Assembly: GCA_030141605.1 (NCBI GenBank)
Contig: JAQGDQ010000182.1
Span: 248,001-312,000, forward strand
Length of the DNA: 64,000 nucleotides
Direction of reading: 5' to 3'
DNA from: Tubiluchus corallicola
Lineage: Eukaryota; Animalia; Priapulida
Positions 1 through 11,039 of the stretch are shown in pieces. Made by a program: the position numbers and the translations under genes. Within the stretch, counting starts at the first letter, position 1. Each line of letters opens with the position of its first letter. The notes under the pieces were generated by a model. The model was not told where the DNA came from. It made no database searches and worked only from the letters and a program-made list of their open reading frames with translations.

Positions 1-219
1 ACCGCCAACAGGCATGGGCATGATGGTAAAGCTGTACGTTGTGGCTTTTGCAAATGTTATTGATTTATGCAAAGATTTACATGCAACAAACGATCAGAAA
101 ACGTAACCGAACTCGACAGAGAGATTAATTACACAGTTCTTGGTCCCGCTGTAGACTACAGAAAATTTAGGCAGCTAATGGGACTAGACATTGACCAAAA
201 TGTAGCGCCTTTCTATTAC
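1..219 (-). other. Possible exon of a minus-strand gene leaving the window: 5' UTR plus candidate start M-P-M-P-V-G-G (ATG at 21-19)
   Basis: Minus-strand acceptor tgtttctgttttcag ends at 220. ATC-ATG-CCC-ATG-CCT-GTT-GGC-GGT runs to the window edge with an in-frame stop upstream. Too little coding sequence to identify. Confidence 0.3.
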
Positions 220-541
220 CTGAAAACAGAAACACTGTGCCCAAAAATTAGCATACGCGAAAGATATCCTTTAGGCTACTACTACTACTACTAATTAAGA
301 CAGGTACCGGCACAGGGCTGTAGTGAAACCGTGAAAGGTCAGAAATGGGATTTAAATAGTGAACTGGTAAATTAATCTATCCTCATAAGCTCACAATAGC
401 GAAACTGTCTTGTCGATAACTCACACCAGCTAGCTAGCAAGTTAAAGAACAAACCACAAAGACTATATTTATACTTCTACAGAGCAGCGGATCATTGTGA
501 ATTTGACTACAGACAATTATACTGTTTCTACCTTAGCTTAC

Positions 542-630
542 AAAGAGAGGAAGTAAGACAGAAAGAGCAAAAGAAAGATGAGGCGAGCGGCAGACAGAGA
601 AAGAGAGAAACAGAAAGAGAAAGCAACAGA
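542..630. repeat. GA-rich low-complexity tract
   Basis: Degenerate (AGAAAG/AGAC)n purine run; it explains the spurious FSLSLSAA ORF at 538-792. Confidence 0.6.
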
Positions 631-1340
631 CAGCGAATATCTGAGCAGCTCGTAGGCAAAGTACAATAACAAATAAATGGAGCTAATGCATACCGGTATC
701 AAAAACGTCCTAAAAATCCTATAAAAATGACTCAAGTAGATTAACTGTGCAAATGCACATTGACCAAAATTACCTAAACTACCTATTACCATGTAGAAAA
801 AACTTTACTCAGTTAAAAAAGATTGGGATGCAGTTCTAACAATCAGCAGATTGTTAATAATCAAGACAGTGCTCAGGAAACATTTGGCTTGTCAGCACCA
901 CTTCTGCAACTGGATAAACAGAATTTAACATGAAAAATTCTAATGTAAGTCAGACATACAATTATAATATGAGAAGCGTCAGTGTAAAGAAAGTCTGCTA
1001 TCACAACGAAAAACACTACTTGGCTGCCAAAGAAGTAGCTTATGCTTCGTAACATTCTGTACCAAACGACAAGAATACAGTAGGCCTAAAAATCTGTGGA
1101 GTTTTTGTGTGCATACAGACATGTAAATGTGGGCGACACACGTGAAATATATGTGCCAATAGATGAGAAGTAATTTGGCAACGAAATACTTTTTTAGAAT
1201 TCCATTGATTGATGATGACCGTGAAAAGGTCAAAGATTATGATATATACCTAGCACGATTAGTAAGGCATTTATGTATGTGAACATCGCCATGCTTTTAT
1301 TAATGTTGTGGTCGATGTTGCATGCTTATTTATACTGGGA

Positions 1341-2111
1341 GCTGTTGGGAGCGAGTAGGACACTAGCCAAAGTAAGACAATTGGCATACAAGCGCTAGCC
1401 CAAGTAGGGCGTGTCGTACATGGGCTGCCCAAGTGGGACACTAGAGATAGAGATAGGTCACAAATTGTGTCGTTAACCATACTGGCAGCGTCCGTTGTCC
1501 TTGTTTATTCAATAATAATGATAATTGAAAATGTCAATACATGTTGAGTAATTTATACAGCTGCTGAAATAAAAGGATCTTATTCTGAGCTAGTAGAATG
1601 GCCAATTTTAAAATTTGGCTTCGATATAAATCTTTTTGAAGTGAAATAAGTCTGCTTTTTAGGCGACTCCAACATTTGCTTAAGGTCTATCACTTTTTAT
1701 TTTGTCTCGCGTCACAGACAGGTGTTCCGTTTCACTACCTATTGAATTGTTTTCTACTAAGTAAAAGTTTCATTTTTAAACTTGCAATTATTTCTGCAAT
1801 AACTGTGTGCATAGTTTCTCTCTTTAAAACATTAGATGCTTAGTTTAACGTTATAATGATATTATTGGAGCTAATAATAATGATATTGTAAAAAATACAA
1901 TTGTAAATTGTCCAAGGACTATCCATCATTATTATAAAGTTACTTTTTTTCTAAAATAAATTTAGTTTTATTATGTCATAATTCTCGATTCTTGACAGAA
2001 ATCGCCAGTGCCCTACTTGAGCTGCCCATGTACGACACTGCTTTTCCGCAAATTTAGCACATGCGCTTTAGCGGAAGTGTCCTACTTTGGCTAGTGGCGT
2101 ACTCCAACAGC
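1341..2111. mobile_element. Non-autonomous TIR element (MITE) with ~100-bp imperfect, internally repetitive inverted ends
   Basis: Left gctgttgg..cactagccaaagtaagaca..gtgtcgtacatgggctgcccaagtgggacact (1341-1442) is the reverse complement of agtgccctacttgagctgcccatgtacgacac..tgtcctactttggctagtg..ccaacagc (~2007-2111). Interior is AT-rich and non-coding; no clean TSD. Confidence 0.75.
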
Positions 2112-3300
2112 AGCATCTTTGTTAGGCAGTTTTGGAAGTGTGCAACATGTTAGATTTACATGTTTATTAGTCTTACAATTTTATTTAAAGCTCTATTAGC
2201 TTGTCTTAAACAGACATTTTTTAAATTCTATGGACAGAACTTATGTGTCTGTTTAACTTTAATAGTATTTCCATTCATGTGGTATACCAATACACACTCA
2301 AAGTCACAATCAATGCAAGGAAGGCAGGTGTCAGCTAAAGGTACAAGTAACCTTTGACCTATCTCTAAACTACAACTGTGCGTGCATGCTGCAGAACTCT
2401 GACAAGGCTTATTACATGTAATAAAATGTATAAGTGCTATAAACCATAGGTGAAAATGAATGAGCATAGATTTACAAAACTCTCATGTTCTAGGAATATA
2501 GAAATTTACTATTTTGAAATTGCAATCTCTTACATTTTTTGCCCTTTTCAACAGTCTTCATAAATTTTCAACATAATAATGTAATCAATGACGATACAGC
2601 CAAGATTGAATAGCCATCAAGTTATCCAAATTCACCTGAAATCCTCAAATGCCAGACATTCTTGCTCCGAAAACTCACAATGCATGCTGTAAAAATTTAA
2701 AACAAATCTAACTGGAAGTCTACTGCAAACTGGACCATGTCCATCAATCGGTACACGATATAGGAATGACTGCTATTCAATACACGAACTAAATCTTAGG
2801 CAGTTGCAATGACACAGAAATGAAACTAATGACTACACCAAACGAAAACAGCAACAGAAACTTATAACAATGGATCAAATAACTGATAATAAATAAAATT
2901 AGAATATTTTCTACCAATACTGCCAACTATAAGACACCATAACACACAGCTAAAACAAAACAGATCGGAAGGTGGATACGTACAGGATGTAACATTTAAA
3001 AAACGTATTACAGTTCTGATTGCTAAGGCATCTATCAAGCCAGCTACCCAATCAGTAAAAGATTAATAGGCATAAATAGGCACTAAGAAGTGTTAATATG
3101 CCATTGAAACATTTTTATAATCATTTATCTACCTATTCGTTCCCTATTTCATGTTACATATAAATTTTAAACACAAGGGGATGATCCAAATTTATTTATT
3201 TCCTGAAGCTACAATTACGACGCTTACACTAATTTCAGACTACAAAAGATCATAAACACCAAAGATTTTAAGACCAGTTTTAGCTAATTATTTAACTTAC

Positions 3301-3400
3301 CGTTCCGCCATTGTAGCAGGCTATCGTGTTCCACAAATACAACTTTATGTTCAACACAACGCCACAAAAATATTAAATTTTCATTTTCCCGACAAACAAA
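3301..3400 (-). other. Candidate first exon of the minus-strand gene (ATG GCG GAA CG | gtaagt)
   Basis: Minus-strand ATGGCG at 3311 followed by a consensus gtaagt donor at 3300. The upstream boundary is a guess. Confidence 0.3.
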
Positions 3401-5369
3401 ACACTGCCATATTGAGTATCACATCTTTTCCGCATAGTTGGAAAAACCAAAACGGAATGTAACATTAACTGAATGCAGAGAATGGTCAATTGCTACGACT
3501 CATTCCTCAATTTTTCAATCGTTAATTTCGAAAGCTTACACCTAAACCGGAATGGTAAGCACTTCAACTGCACCCTGTGCATCAACCTAGCAATGTCTGC
3601 TCGTTATCATAAAAAGCAACTAAAGGTGCTAGATGTAGTTATATATAAGCGTACATCTGTGGCATTCAGATTACATTCATTAGGGCACATATAGGCTCCA
3701 CCCACAGCAAGTATACTTCAACCAATGTCTATTAAGGTGTCATAAGCGACATTTTTTAAGTCAGTAAGTAGCGGTACTAGTAGTAATTCGTAGTAGGTCT
3801 AATAATAAAGTGCCATGATAATAATTCGTAGTTAGTCATTCGTAATAAAGTGCTATTAGTTTTATATTTTATCTTACTGTCCTAGTCAATCCAGTTGAGA
3901 TTTTGAAAAATTCTAGCTCCGAGCTATTATGTGAGCTGATCTTTGTTAGTGGTACAATTGCAACTGTATATTGCAGGAAGCCTGGTGTCTGTTTATTGGC
4001 AACACTTAGGAGAGTTGAACTGCATAAGCCAGTTCTCTAACTGATGGAGTTTTTCCAAATCGTCTGGCAACTGAATATGATGTCCTCGAGATTATATCTC
4101 CCTGTATATAATACTGCCATCAGCAAAATGTTAAGTTGGTATGGTATGTTTGCGTTTAATGTTGTTGATAGAAGAAAAATAAATGACCGCAGGAGCCATG
4201 CAGCATTACTGATGATGATACAGGGAACCAAGAACACTCAGTTCCATTGATAGATATCGTTTCAGTTCAAGCAAGAATGAAACCGAATATCCAAACAGCA
4301 GTCTTTCCACAAATTACCTAATAATGAAGCACGCTGGTTGAACTTCAGGTTTTGGTCAAATTGAATTTGAATTGAATGAATCATACATTTAAATTCCACA
4401 CATGAGTAAAGAAAGATTGCTAGACTCGAGCGACGACATAGAATTACTCAAGCAAATTGTGAAACAGTGAAGCATGGAAGCATGATGGGCACCATGTCGT
4501 ACAAACAAAGATATGGATTCAGATTTATTTTACATTTTGTTTTATAAATATTACAATTAGTTGGTGGAAGGGTTGCAAAAATTAAATAGCTGTTAAATCA
4601 CTTATCCTTACTATTAGTTAAGCTTTTCAATTAATTTAACATTGAGCTATTATAATTTTATACATAGTGAACCTAAAAAAATCATAAGTAAGCAGGCACA
4701 TAAATAACTAGGGACATTTTTGCCAATGTGAGTTGTCCAATCTTTTTTGTGCTAAATAATTAAAGGTACTTACCACTTAAAGGCACTCAGAATGATTTTC
4801 CATATCATATCCTATTTTGAATCATGGTAAAAAGTGTATACATTTTAATACCGATAGTAATGCCAAAGCATGCCAGGTAATTATGTAATAGGCTAAAAAC
4901 CTAATTAACAGCAGGTGAGCGCAATTAGTGATGACATCACAACTGTACATAATTTTCAACAGCACAAATATTCCACAAGTGAATGTGCTGCATGTATTTG
5001 AAAGCAAAAATTGAAGTGCAGTATTACTCTACAACATTATTTTAGTGTGATATACAAAAACTCGGCAAATTTAAAGTTTAAAATTTAAATTTCAAGTTTA
5101 TTGCTGTGCTCACACATGAGCTCTTGAACATGTGTATTGCATCACAACCGAACACATCTGAATTGAGGGGTGCAGCACATGTTCTTTGTGCAATGAATTT
5201 CTGAGATACAGGTTCGATAGTGTTTATCTAATCAGCAATAGCGGAATGCACATAACCACGAAAACTTGTTACATGTATGCAAAATTACATTTCTGGGAAA
5301 CAATTCTTTAATAAATCCATTCTTGAAGAAATTGTATATCCGTTTCAATATATTTTATAGAGTAGATAG

Positions 5370-5564
5370 TGTGCGGGTTTTGTGTTAATAGCACTGCTCG
5401 TGTGTAAGTAACGGCAGTGCGTTTTCTTGTGAAGAAATGATTACTGTATGTGCCATCTTGCGTTGCTTTCCACTGTGCAAGTATCTTATGTAATGTCATA
5501 CATTTACTCATAATAATAATTCCAAGCAACCTAAATATGTGTTCGTGTCTTTGGGAATAAAACA
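5370..5564 (+). repeat. 5' LTR (195 bp)
   Basis: tgtgcgggttttgtg...gggaataaaaca; no difference from the 3' copy seen by eye. Confidence 0.98.
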
Positions 5565-5577
5565 TGGCGCTGCGAGC
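5565..5577 (+). promoter_or_regulatory. Primer-binding site TGGCGCTGCGAGC, probably for a tRNA-Ser
   Basis: Begins with TGG immediately after the 5' LTR. Complementary to a tRNA 3' end ...GCUCGCAGCG-CCA, which resembles animal tRNA-Ser acceptor stems (from memory). Confidence 0.8.
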
Positions 5578-5612
5578 TAACAAGCCGAGTCAATAAGGGA
5601 TACTACTTCGAC

Positions 5613-8600
5613 ATGGAAGGTAATGTTAACGTACCTGATGGTAATGCTCCGCCAGCAGTGGTACATACTTTCGATTTTCGAACAGCATCTGTCGCACGGC
5701 CTGATATGCTGGATCTCAGCATTCATAGGGGAGAACATTTCCGTTTATGGAGAACCAAGTGGGATTCTTATTTTGAATTGTCGGGCCTAAGCACAGCTCA
5801 AAATCGAACGCAGTACAATGCCCTGATTGTAAATTGCAGTGATGACACGCTTAAGGTTATCCTTAACCTTGGACTTCCTGATGCAGAAAAGCAAAATGTA
5901 CCTCGCATATTACATGAAATAGAACGCTATGTTCGTGGTAAAATCAATGTTGTGGTTGAACGGCGTAACTTTCACCAACGCGTACAACGTGAAGGTGAAA
6001 ATGTAGACGATTTCATCACTGACATCCGCGAGTTAGCAAAGTCCTGTGAATTTTGTGACACTTGCCTACCATCCTTGATCCGCGATCGCATTGTTGTGGG
6101 CATTCGTGACGAAGGTACTATTCGCAAATTATTGTCGCAAGACAACTTGTCACTGGAACACGCAGTAAGAATTTGCCGTGCTGATGAGGCAGCCAAACAA
6201 CACTGTGAACAAATTAAGTCAGTGCCAATGATTAATAAAACTGCAGCAAGACCTAAAAGTCAGTATAAACGCTATAAATCTGTACAGCAAGGCGCACAAA
6301 CTGCAAGCACTTCGCAGTGTGCCAAGGTTTGTGGCAACTGTGGTTCTTTGCATGCATCACGTGACCGTTGCCCAGCAAAGGGCAAGACATGTGGTAACTG
6401 CGGTAAGCTTAATCATTTTCAAGCTGTTTGTCGCAGCAAAACTAAAAAATCTTCATTTCAGCCTCGGAGAACTGAAGGCCAGCTCAGTGTAATTCAACTG
6501 ACTGGATTATTTCAGGTGGCTGCGCAAGAAAATCCACCAACAGTAAAAGTTAAAGTGACATCATTGAATGGGAACATTCTATACAACATGTTGCCTGACA
6601 CTGGGGCTTCTGTTTGTGCTGGTGGTCTAGACTTTCTTTATGCATTGGGTGAAAATACCGCCAACATTGACAAACCAGTGCATCAGCCAGTGGCAGTTGA
6701 TGGTCACCATGTTACTGTTGTTGGCACACTCCCGTGCAAAATTATGCTGGAAGATAAATGGTTCGAGGACTCATTCCACATTATACCACAAATGACAGGT
6801 GCAGTACTGTCATGGAAAGCTACAAAAGCCTTGAATTTGGTACCGGCAAACTATCCTACACCGCTAGCAAATTCTACATCTGTTAATGTGATGCGCAGTC
6901 TGCAGCCACCGAAGTCCCCGATTCCGGCACCTCGAAAATCGGCATTGGCAAAAGCAACAGCTGAGGATCTTATGGAGCAATTTCCGACAGTATTTGATGG
7001 CGTCATACGCAAAATGCCAGGTGAAGAATTCCGCATCTCACTAACCGACGACGCCAAACCATTCGCTGTGAATGCGCCACGCCGCATCCCATTTGCTTAC
7101 CGCGATAAACTCAAGCGTGAACTTGACCGTTTGCAAGAACAGAACATTATTACTCCAGTAACGGAGCCTACTGAATGGTGCGCACCAATTGTAGTCGCTC
7201 CAAAAGAAGATAAAGAGTCTGTTCGTATCTGCTGTGATTTATCACATTTAAATAAATATGTGAAACATGAGCGCTACTGCTCCCAGACACCAGCCGAAGT
7301 GGTGACAGAAATTTCTGCACACGATGCAAACTTTTTCACTGTCATCGACGCATTAAAAGGGTATCACCAATGCCCGCTCTCTGAAGAAAGCCAGCATCTG
7401 ACCACATTTATTACACCGTTCGGTCGGTTTAAATATTTACGTGCTCCATATGGCATTTCTTCTATCTCAGAGCATTATAATCGTCGCATGGATGAAGCTT
7501 TTCAAGGACTTAAAGGCTACAAGCGCGTTGTCGACGATTTTGTAATCTACGACAAGGACCAAGCAGAGCATGTCCAACACGTCAAACAATTTCTACAACG
7601 CTGTCAGGACCGCCAAATCGCGATAAACCGCGAGAAATTTCGATTCAGTCAAACAAAGGTAAAGTTTGCTGGTTTCATCTTATCGAAAGATGGGTATGAA
7701 ATAGATCCGAGCATGACACAGTCTATTAGAGATTTTCCTATTCCCAAAAACGTAACTGACTTACGTTCATTTTTTGGTTTAGTCAACCAACTTGGATCAT
7801 TCACCAACTGCATCGCTGATGTTCTTGCACCATTGCGACCTCTTCTTAGCAAAAAGAATGACTTTTTGTGGGATAAATCTCATGACAAAGCTTTTGCTGA
7901 AAGCAGAAAACTGTTGTCAAATTCTCCAGTATTAAGCTATTATATGCCAGGTCAACCGCTACAGCTTCATACAGATGCTAGCAAGCTCAATGGTATAGGA
8001 TATGTACTCAGGCAGTATTATCCAGATCGAACCTGGAGAGTTATTCAGGCTGTATCAAGATTTTTGACCGACACAGAAAGCCGTTATGCACCCATCGAAC
8101 TAGAGATGCTTGCTGCTGTTTGGGCAATGTCAAAGTGCCGCCTGTTTTTAGAAGGCGCTCAAAAGTTCGAGTTGGTAGTTGACCATAAACCACTCAAACC
8201 TATCCTGGATTCTCACCGTTTGGATGAGATTGACAATCCACGGCTGCAACGTATGAAAATTAAAATTATGCCCTTTAATTTCCGCACTACCTGGTGTGCA
8301 GGAGAATTGCACAAGGCAGCAGATGCATTATCACGTTCGCCAGTCTCGGCACCTGATGAAACCGATCATGAGAATGACTTGGAAATGAACTCATTTTTGC
8401 ACATTATTCGTAGTTTGTCATCAGATGAAAGCAATTTAGATATTCGCATTGAAAACCTCAAACGTGAATGTGCTACTGATCCAGAATATCAAGATCTGAT
8501 ACAATACGTACTAAATGGATTTCCAGAAAAACGTTCTGAGCTACCATTACAAATAAGACCTTATTGGCCAGTTCATGACAGTATAGCCATGGATGATGGA

Positions 8601-9782
8601 CTTCTCGTGGTAGGCTGTCGTTTAATCATACCACGCTCCATGCGTCGCACAATACTACATGAACTTCACGCTAGCCACCAAGGAAAGGAAAGAACTAAAC
8701 AACGGGCCAGAATGGTAGTTTACTGGCCCAACATAGACAATGACGTGGAAAATGTGGTCCGTTCATGCCGTGAGTGCCAAGAAGAATTACCGTCTCATTG
8801 CAAAGAACCAATGGTCACTCATTTGAAACCCACATTTCCTTTTGAATACTTATCCGCTGATCTCGCCACTTATGCTGGTAAAGATTTTCTTATCGCTGTT
8901 GACCATCTTTCTGGATGGCCATTCGTGTATGAACTTAGTACACATGCAGATGCCAGTCGTGTTATAAGTGCAATGCGGAAGATATTTTGCCAGACTGCTG
9001 TCCCAACTGTTCTGTGGACTGATGGAGGACCTCAATTTACTGCTGCTAAATTTCGCGATTTTCTCATTCGATGGGGGGTGAGACATCATACTAGTACTCC
9101 TCATTATCCTCAGTCCAACGGACGTGCTGAAGCAGCTGTGAAATCTTTAAAAAAGATTTTGAAGCGATGCTGGAATGCTAAAACACGTCATGTCGATGAA
9201 GATAAATGGACGGCAGCTATGTTACAATACCGCAATACACCCGCTGCTAATGGGAAGTCGCCTGCCCAAGTATTGTTTGGACACAATGTTCAAGATGTGC
9301 TTCCGGCACATCGACGTGCCTTCGCACCAGAGTGGCAGCGCTCCTTCCAGCAAGCAGAAGCCAAATCTACCGAGCTGCAGGAGTCACTCGTTGAGCGATA
9401 CAACCGTGATGCAAAGCCTCTCAGTACTTTAGATGTTGGTGCTCACGTACTCGTGCAAAACCATCAGACAAAGAGATGGGACTTAAGAGGTGTTGTTGTT
9501 GAAATTGGTAGACACAGAAAGTACTACATCAAAATGGATTGCAGTGGACGAGTACTTACGCGTAATCGCCGTTTCATTCGCCGCAGGTATCCCGTCCTGC
9601 CTCCGGAACACAAGGGAGTCATCGTAGAGGAGCCGCCTCCACATATGCATGATCGACCTATACTTGCGCCATCAAATAATTTACCAGATGATCGCATTCC
9701 ACCCGTGCCAGATGTTTGTGCCCGCACGAGATCAGGACGACCAACACGTCCACCAACGAGATTCATTCAAGAGACATTTTGA
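5613..9782 (+). CDS. Gag-Pol polyprotein, 1389 aa
   Basis: Gag with two Cys/His knuckles (CGNCGSLHASRDRC, CGNCGKLNHFQAVC); protease LPDTGA; RT (DALKGYHQ, TPFGRF, VVDD); RNase H (TDAS, ELEMLA, DHKPL); integrase HHCC and D,D,E (ADLA, TDGGPQF, GRAE). No stops or frameshifts. Confidence 0.97.
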   Translation: MEGNVNVPDGNAPPAVVHTFDFRTASVARPDMLDLSIHRGEHFRLWRTKWDSYFELSGLSTAQNRTQYNALIVNCSDDTLKVILNLGLPDAEKQNVPRILHEIERYVRGKINVVVERRNFHQRVQREGENVDDFITDIRELAKSCEFCDTCLPSLIRDRIVVGIRDEGTIRKLLSQDNLSLEHAVRICRADEAAKQHCEQIKSVPMINKTAARPKSQYKRYKSVQQGAQTASTSQCAKVCGNCGSLHASRDRCPAKGKTCGNCGKLNHFQAVCRSKTKKSSFQPRRTEGQLSVIQLTGLFQVAAQENPPTVKVKVTSLNGNILYNMLPDTGASVCAGGLDFLYALGENTANIDKPVHQPVAVDGHHVTVVGTLPCKIMLEDKWFEDSFHIIPQMTGAVLSWKATKALNLVPANYPTPLANSTSVNVMRSLQPPKSPIPAPRKSALAKATAEDLMEQFPTVFDGVIRKMPGEEFRISLTDDAKPFAVNAPRRIPFAYRDKLKRELDRLQEQNIITPVTEPTEWCAPIVVAPKEDKESVRICCDLSHLNKYVKHERYCSQTPAEVVTEISAHDANFFTVIDALKGYHQCPLSEESQHLTTFITPFGRFKYLRAPYGISSISEHYNRRMDEAFQGLKGYKRVVDDFVIYDKDQAEHVQHVKQFLQRCQDRQIAINREKFRFSQTKVKFAGFILSKDGYEIDPSMTQSIRDFPIPKNVTDLRSFFGLVNQLGSFTNCIADVLAPLRPLLSKKNDFLWDKSHDKAFAESRKLLSNSPVLSYYMPGQPLQLHTDASKLNGIGYVLRQYYPDRTWRVIQAVSRFLTDTESRYAPIELEMLAAVWAMSKCRLFLEGAQKFELVVDHKPLKPILDSHRLDEIDNPRLQRMKIKIMPFNFRTTWCAGELHKAADALSRSPVSAPDETDHENDLEMNSFLHIIRSLSSDESNLDIRIENLKRECATDPEYQDLIQYVLNGFPEKRSELPLQIRPYWPVHDSIAMDDGLLVVGCRLIIPRSMRRTILHELHASHQGKERTKQRARMVVYWPNIDNDVENVVRSCRECQEELPSHCKEPMVTHLKPTFPFEYLSADLATYAGKDFLIAVDHLSGWPFVYELSTHADASRVISAMRKIFCQTAVPTVLWTDGGPQFTAAKFRDFLIRWGVRHHTSTPHYPQSNGRAEAAVKSLKKILKRCWNAKTRHVDEDKWTAAMLQYRNTPAANGKSPAQVLFGHNVQDVLPAHRRAFAPEWQRSFQQAEAKSTELQESLVERYNRDAKPLSTLDVGAHVLVQNHQTKRWDLRGVVVEIGRHRKYYIKMDCSGRVLTRNRRFIRRRYPVLPPEHKGVIVEEPPPHMHDRPILAPSNNLPDDRIPPVPDVCARTRSGRPTRPPTRFIQETF

Positions 9783-9868
9783 ATTTATGTTACATAACAT
9801 ACATGTTGCGTATTACCAGATTAAATGTGTGGTGAAATTTGAATTCCTTAATTAGTTCTTAAGGACTT

Positions 9869-9878
9869 AAGGGGGAGA
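9869..9878 (+). promoter_or_regulatory. Polypurine tract AAGGGGGAGA
   Basis: Purine run directly abutting the TG of the 3' LTR. Confidence 0.9.
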
Positions 9879-10073
9879 TGTGCGGGTTTTGTGTTAATAG
9901 CACTGCTCGTGTGTAAGTAACGGCAGTGCGTTTTCTTGTGAAGAAATGATTACTGTATGTGCCATCTTGCGTTGCTTTCCACTGTGCAAGTATCTTATGT
10001 AATGTCATACATTTACTCATAATAATAATTCCAAGCAACCTAAATATGTGTTCGTGTCTTTGGGAATAAAACA
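9879..10073 (+). repeat. 3' LTR (195 bp)
   Basis: Direct repeat of 5370-5564, followed by the TSD GATAG. Confidence 0.98.
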
Positions 10074-10489
10074 GATAGTATTCTGATGGTGTAAAGCTGA
10101 GGCTACAAATTGTGTGGTACGTACTATAATTATAATCTTATAATTCACTGTTTTGACTGCACGTTTCTTGGCACTGTAGTCAACCTTGTCTCATGGATGT
10201 TGAAAATGCGACTATTAATTCTATTGGGAATGTTTCATCTGCATAGAGAAGTATACCTACAGCACTAATTTTCTTAGAGACAAATTTTTTTACCATTCTT
10301 TCCCAAAAAGGTCTAGGTCAAGTTCCTTGGAGCGTTTATTGAGACTCTTGATGTTATTGTATATTGGATTTATACAGGAAGTATGCAGCTTCTGAAGTTT
10401 AAATTATTGGTAATGAGAGGAAATAAATAATTTTAATCTTATATTTTAAAAGCAATAAAATAAATATAATTTTTTAAACAACAAAAAGT

Positions 10490-10688
10490 ACCGTTTCGAC
10501 GCCGGCTCAGGCAGCCAATTGAATGATGGATTATTATTTTAATTTTAGACTGACAGAGTTGAAAAAGGAAATAAAAATAAATGACTTCAGTAAAGTTCTC
10601 TTATTCCGTTTCTTCAGCTAGTTACCCAAAGTCCCGGTGAATTTCTGGTTGAAAGTTGAATGGATTGGTTGAAATATTTGTGCTGAAC
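10490..10688 (+). promoter_or_regulatory. Putative GID8 promoter and non-coding first exon
   Basis: Local CpG cluster with a CCAAT, then a donor-like aac|gtaatt at 10689. The first coding exon has an acceptor upstream of its ATG, so a 5' UTR exon is expected. Location is inference. Confidence 0.3.
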
Positions 10689-11039
10689 GTAATTCATTTT
10701 TTTACGTTTTCGATATGTACAGTTGTTCTATGTTCTATGATAACATGTTTTAGTGTTATTTTTCATACATTAGTTATAACTTCACTGCTTTCTTCTTCCC
10801 TGGGGATCGGAGTAGTTGTTGCCAATGAGGTTTTTTGCTTTGATGTGAACAACGATCCCCGAAGACAACAACTAAACAGATGTGAAAAGTATGTGTCGTT
10901 TCTGTATTTCTATTACCGTTACCGTCGGAGGATAGAGGTTAAGCATAAATAGCTTATGGACCTTCCACTCTTCCTTGTTTACTTTGTCAATATAAAAAAA
11001 TGAGCATAATAGTGGCCACACTGCGATCATGAAGCGTAG

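Larger units (their letters stand above)
5370..10073 (+). mobile_element. Full-length Ty3/Gypsy LTR retrotransposon, Mag-like clade, 4704 bp
   Basis: TG...CA LTRs at 5370-5564 and 9879-10073; 5-bp TSD GATAG at 5365-5369 and 10074-10078; PBS, PPT and one gag-pol ORF in PR-RT-RH-IN order. Confidence 0.98.

Noticed and set aside
264-272. ATATCCTTT, a U12-type AT-AC donor consensus on the plus strand
   Set aside because: No recognisable plus-strand gene or matching U12 branch site; a 9-mer like this is expected by chance in AT-rich DNA.
3970-4520. Coding-looking stretch after an acceptor-like ttgcag, with short ORFs on both strands
   Set aside because: Frames are broken by stops and I recognise no motif; possibly a decayed TE, but unsupported.
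5972-9855. Short antisense and alternative-frame ORFs inside the Gypsy element
   Set aside because: Shadows of the long gag-pol frame; no env-like or other recognisable protein.
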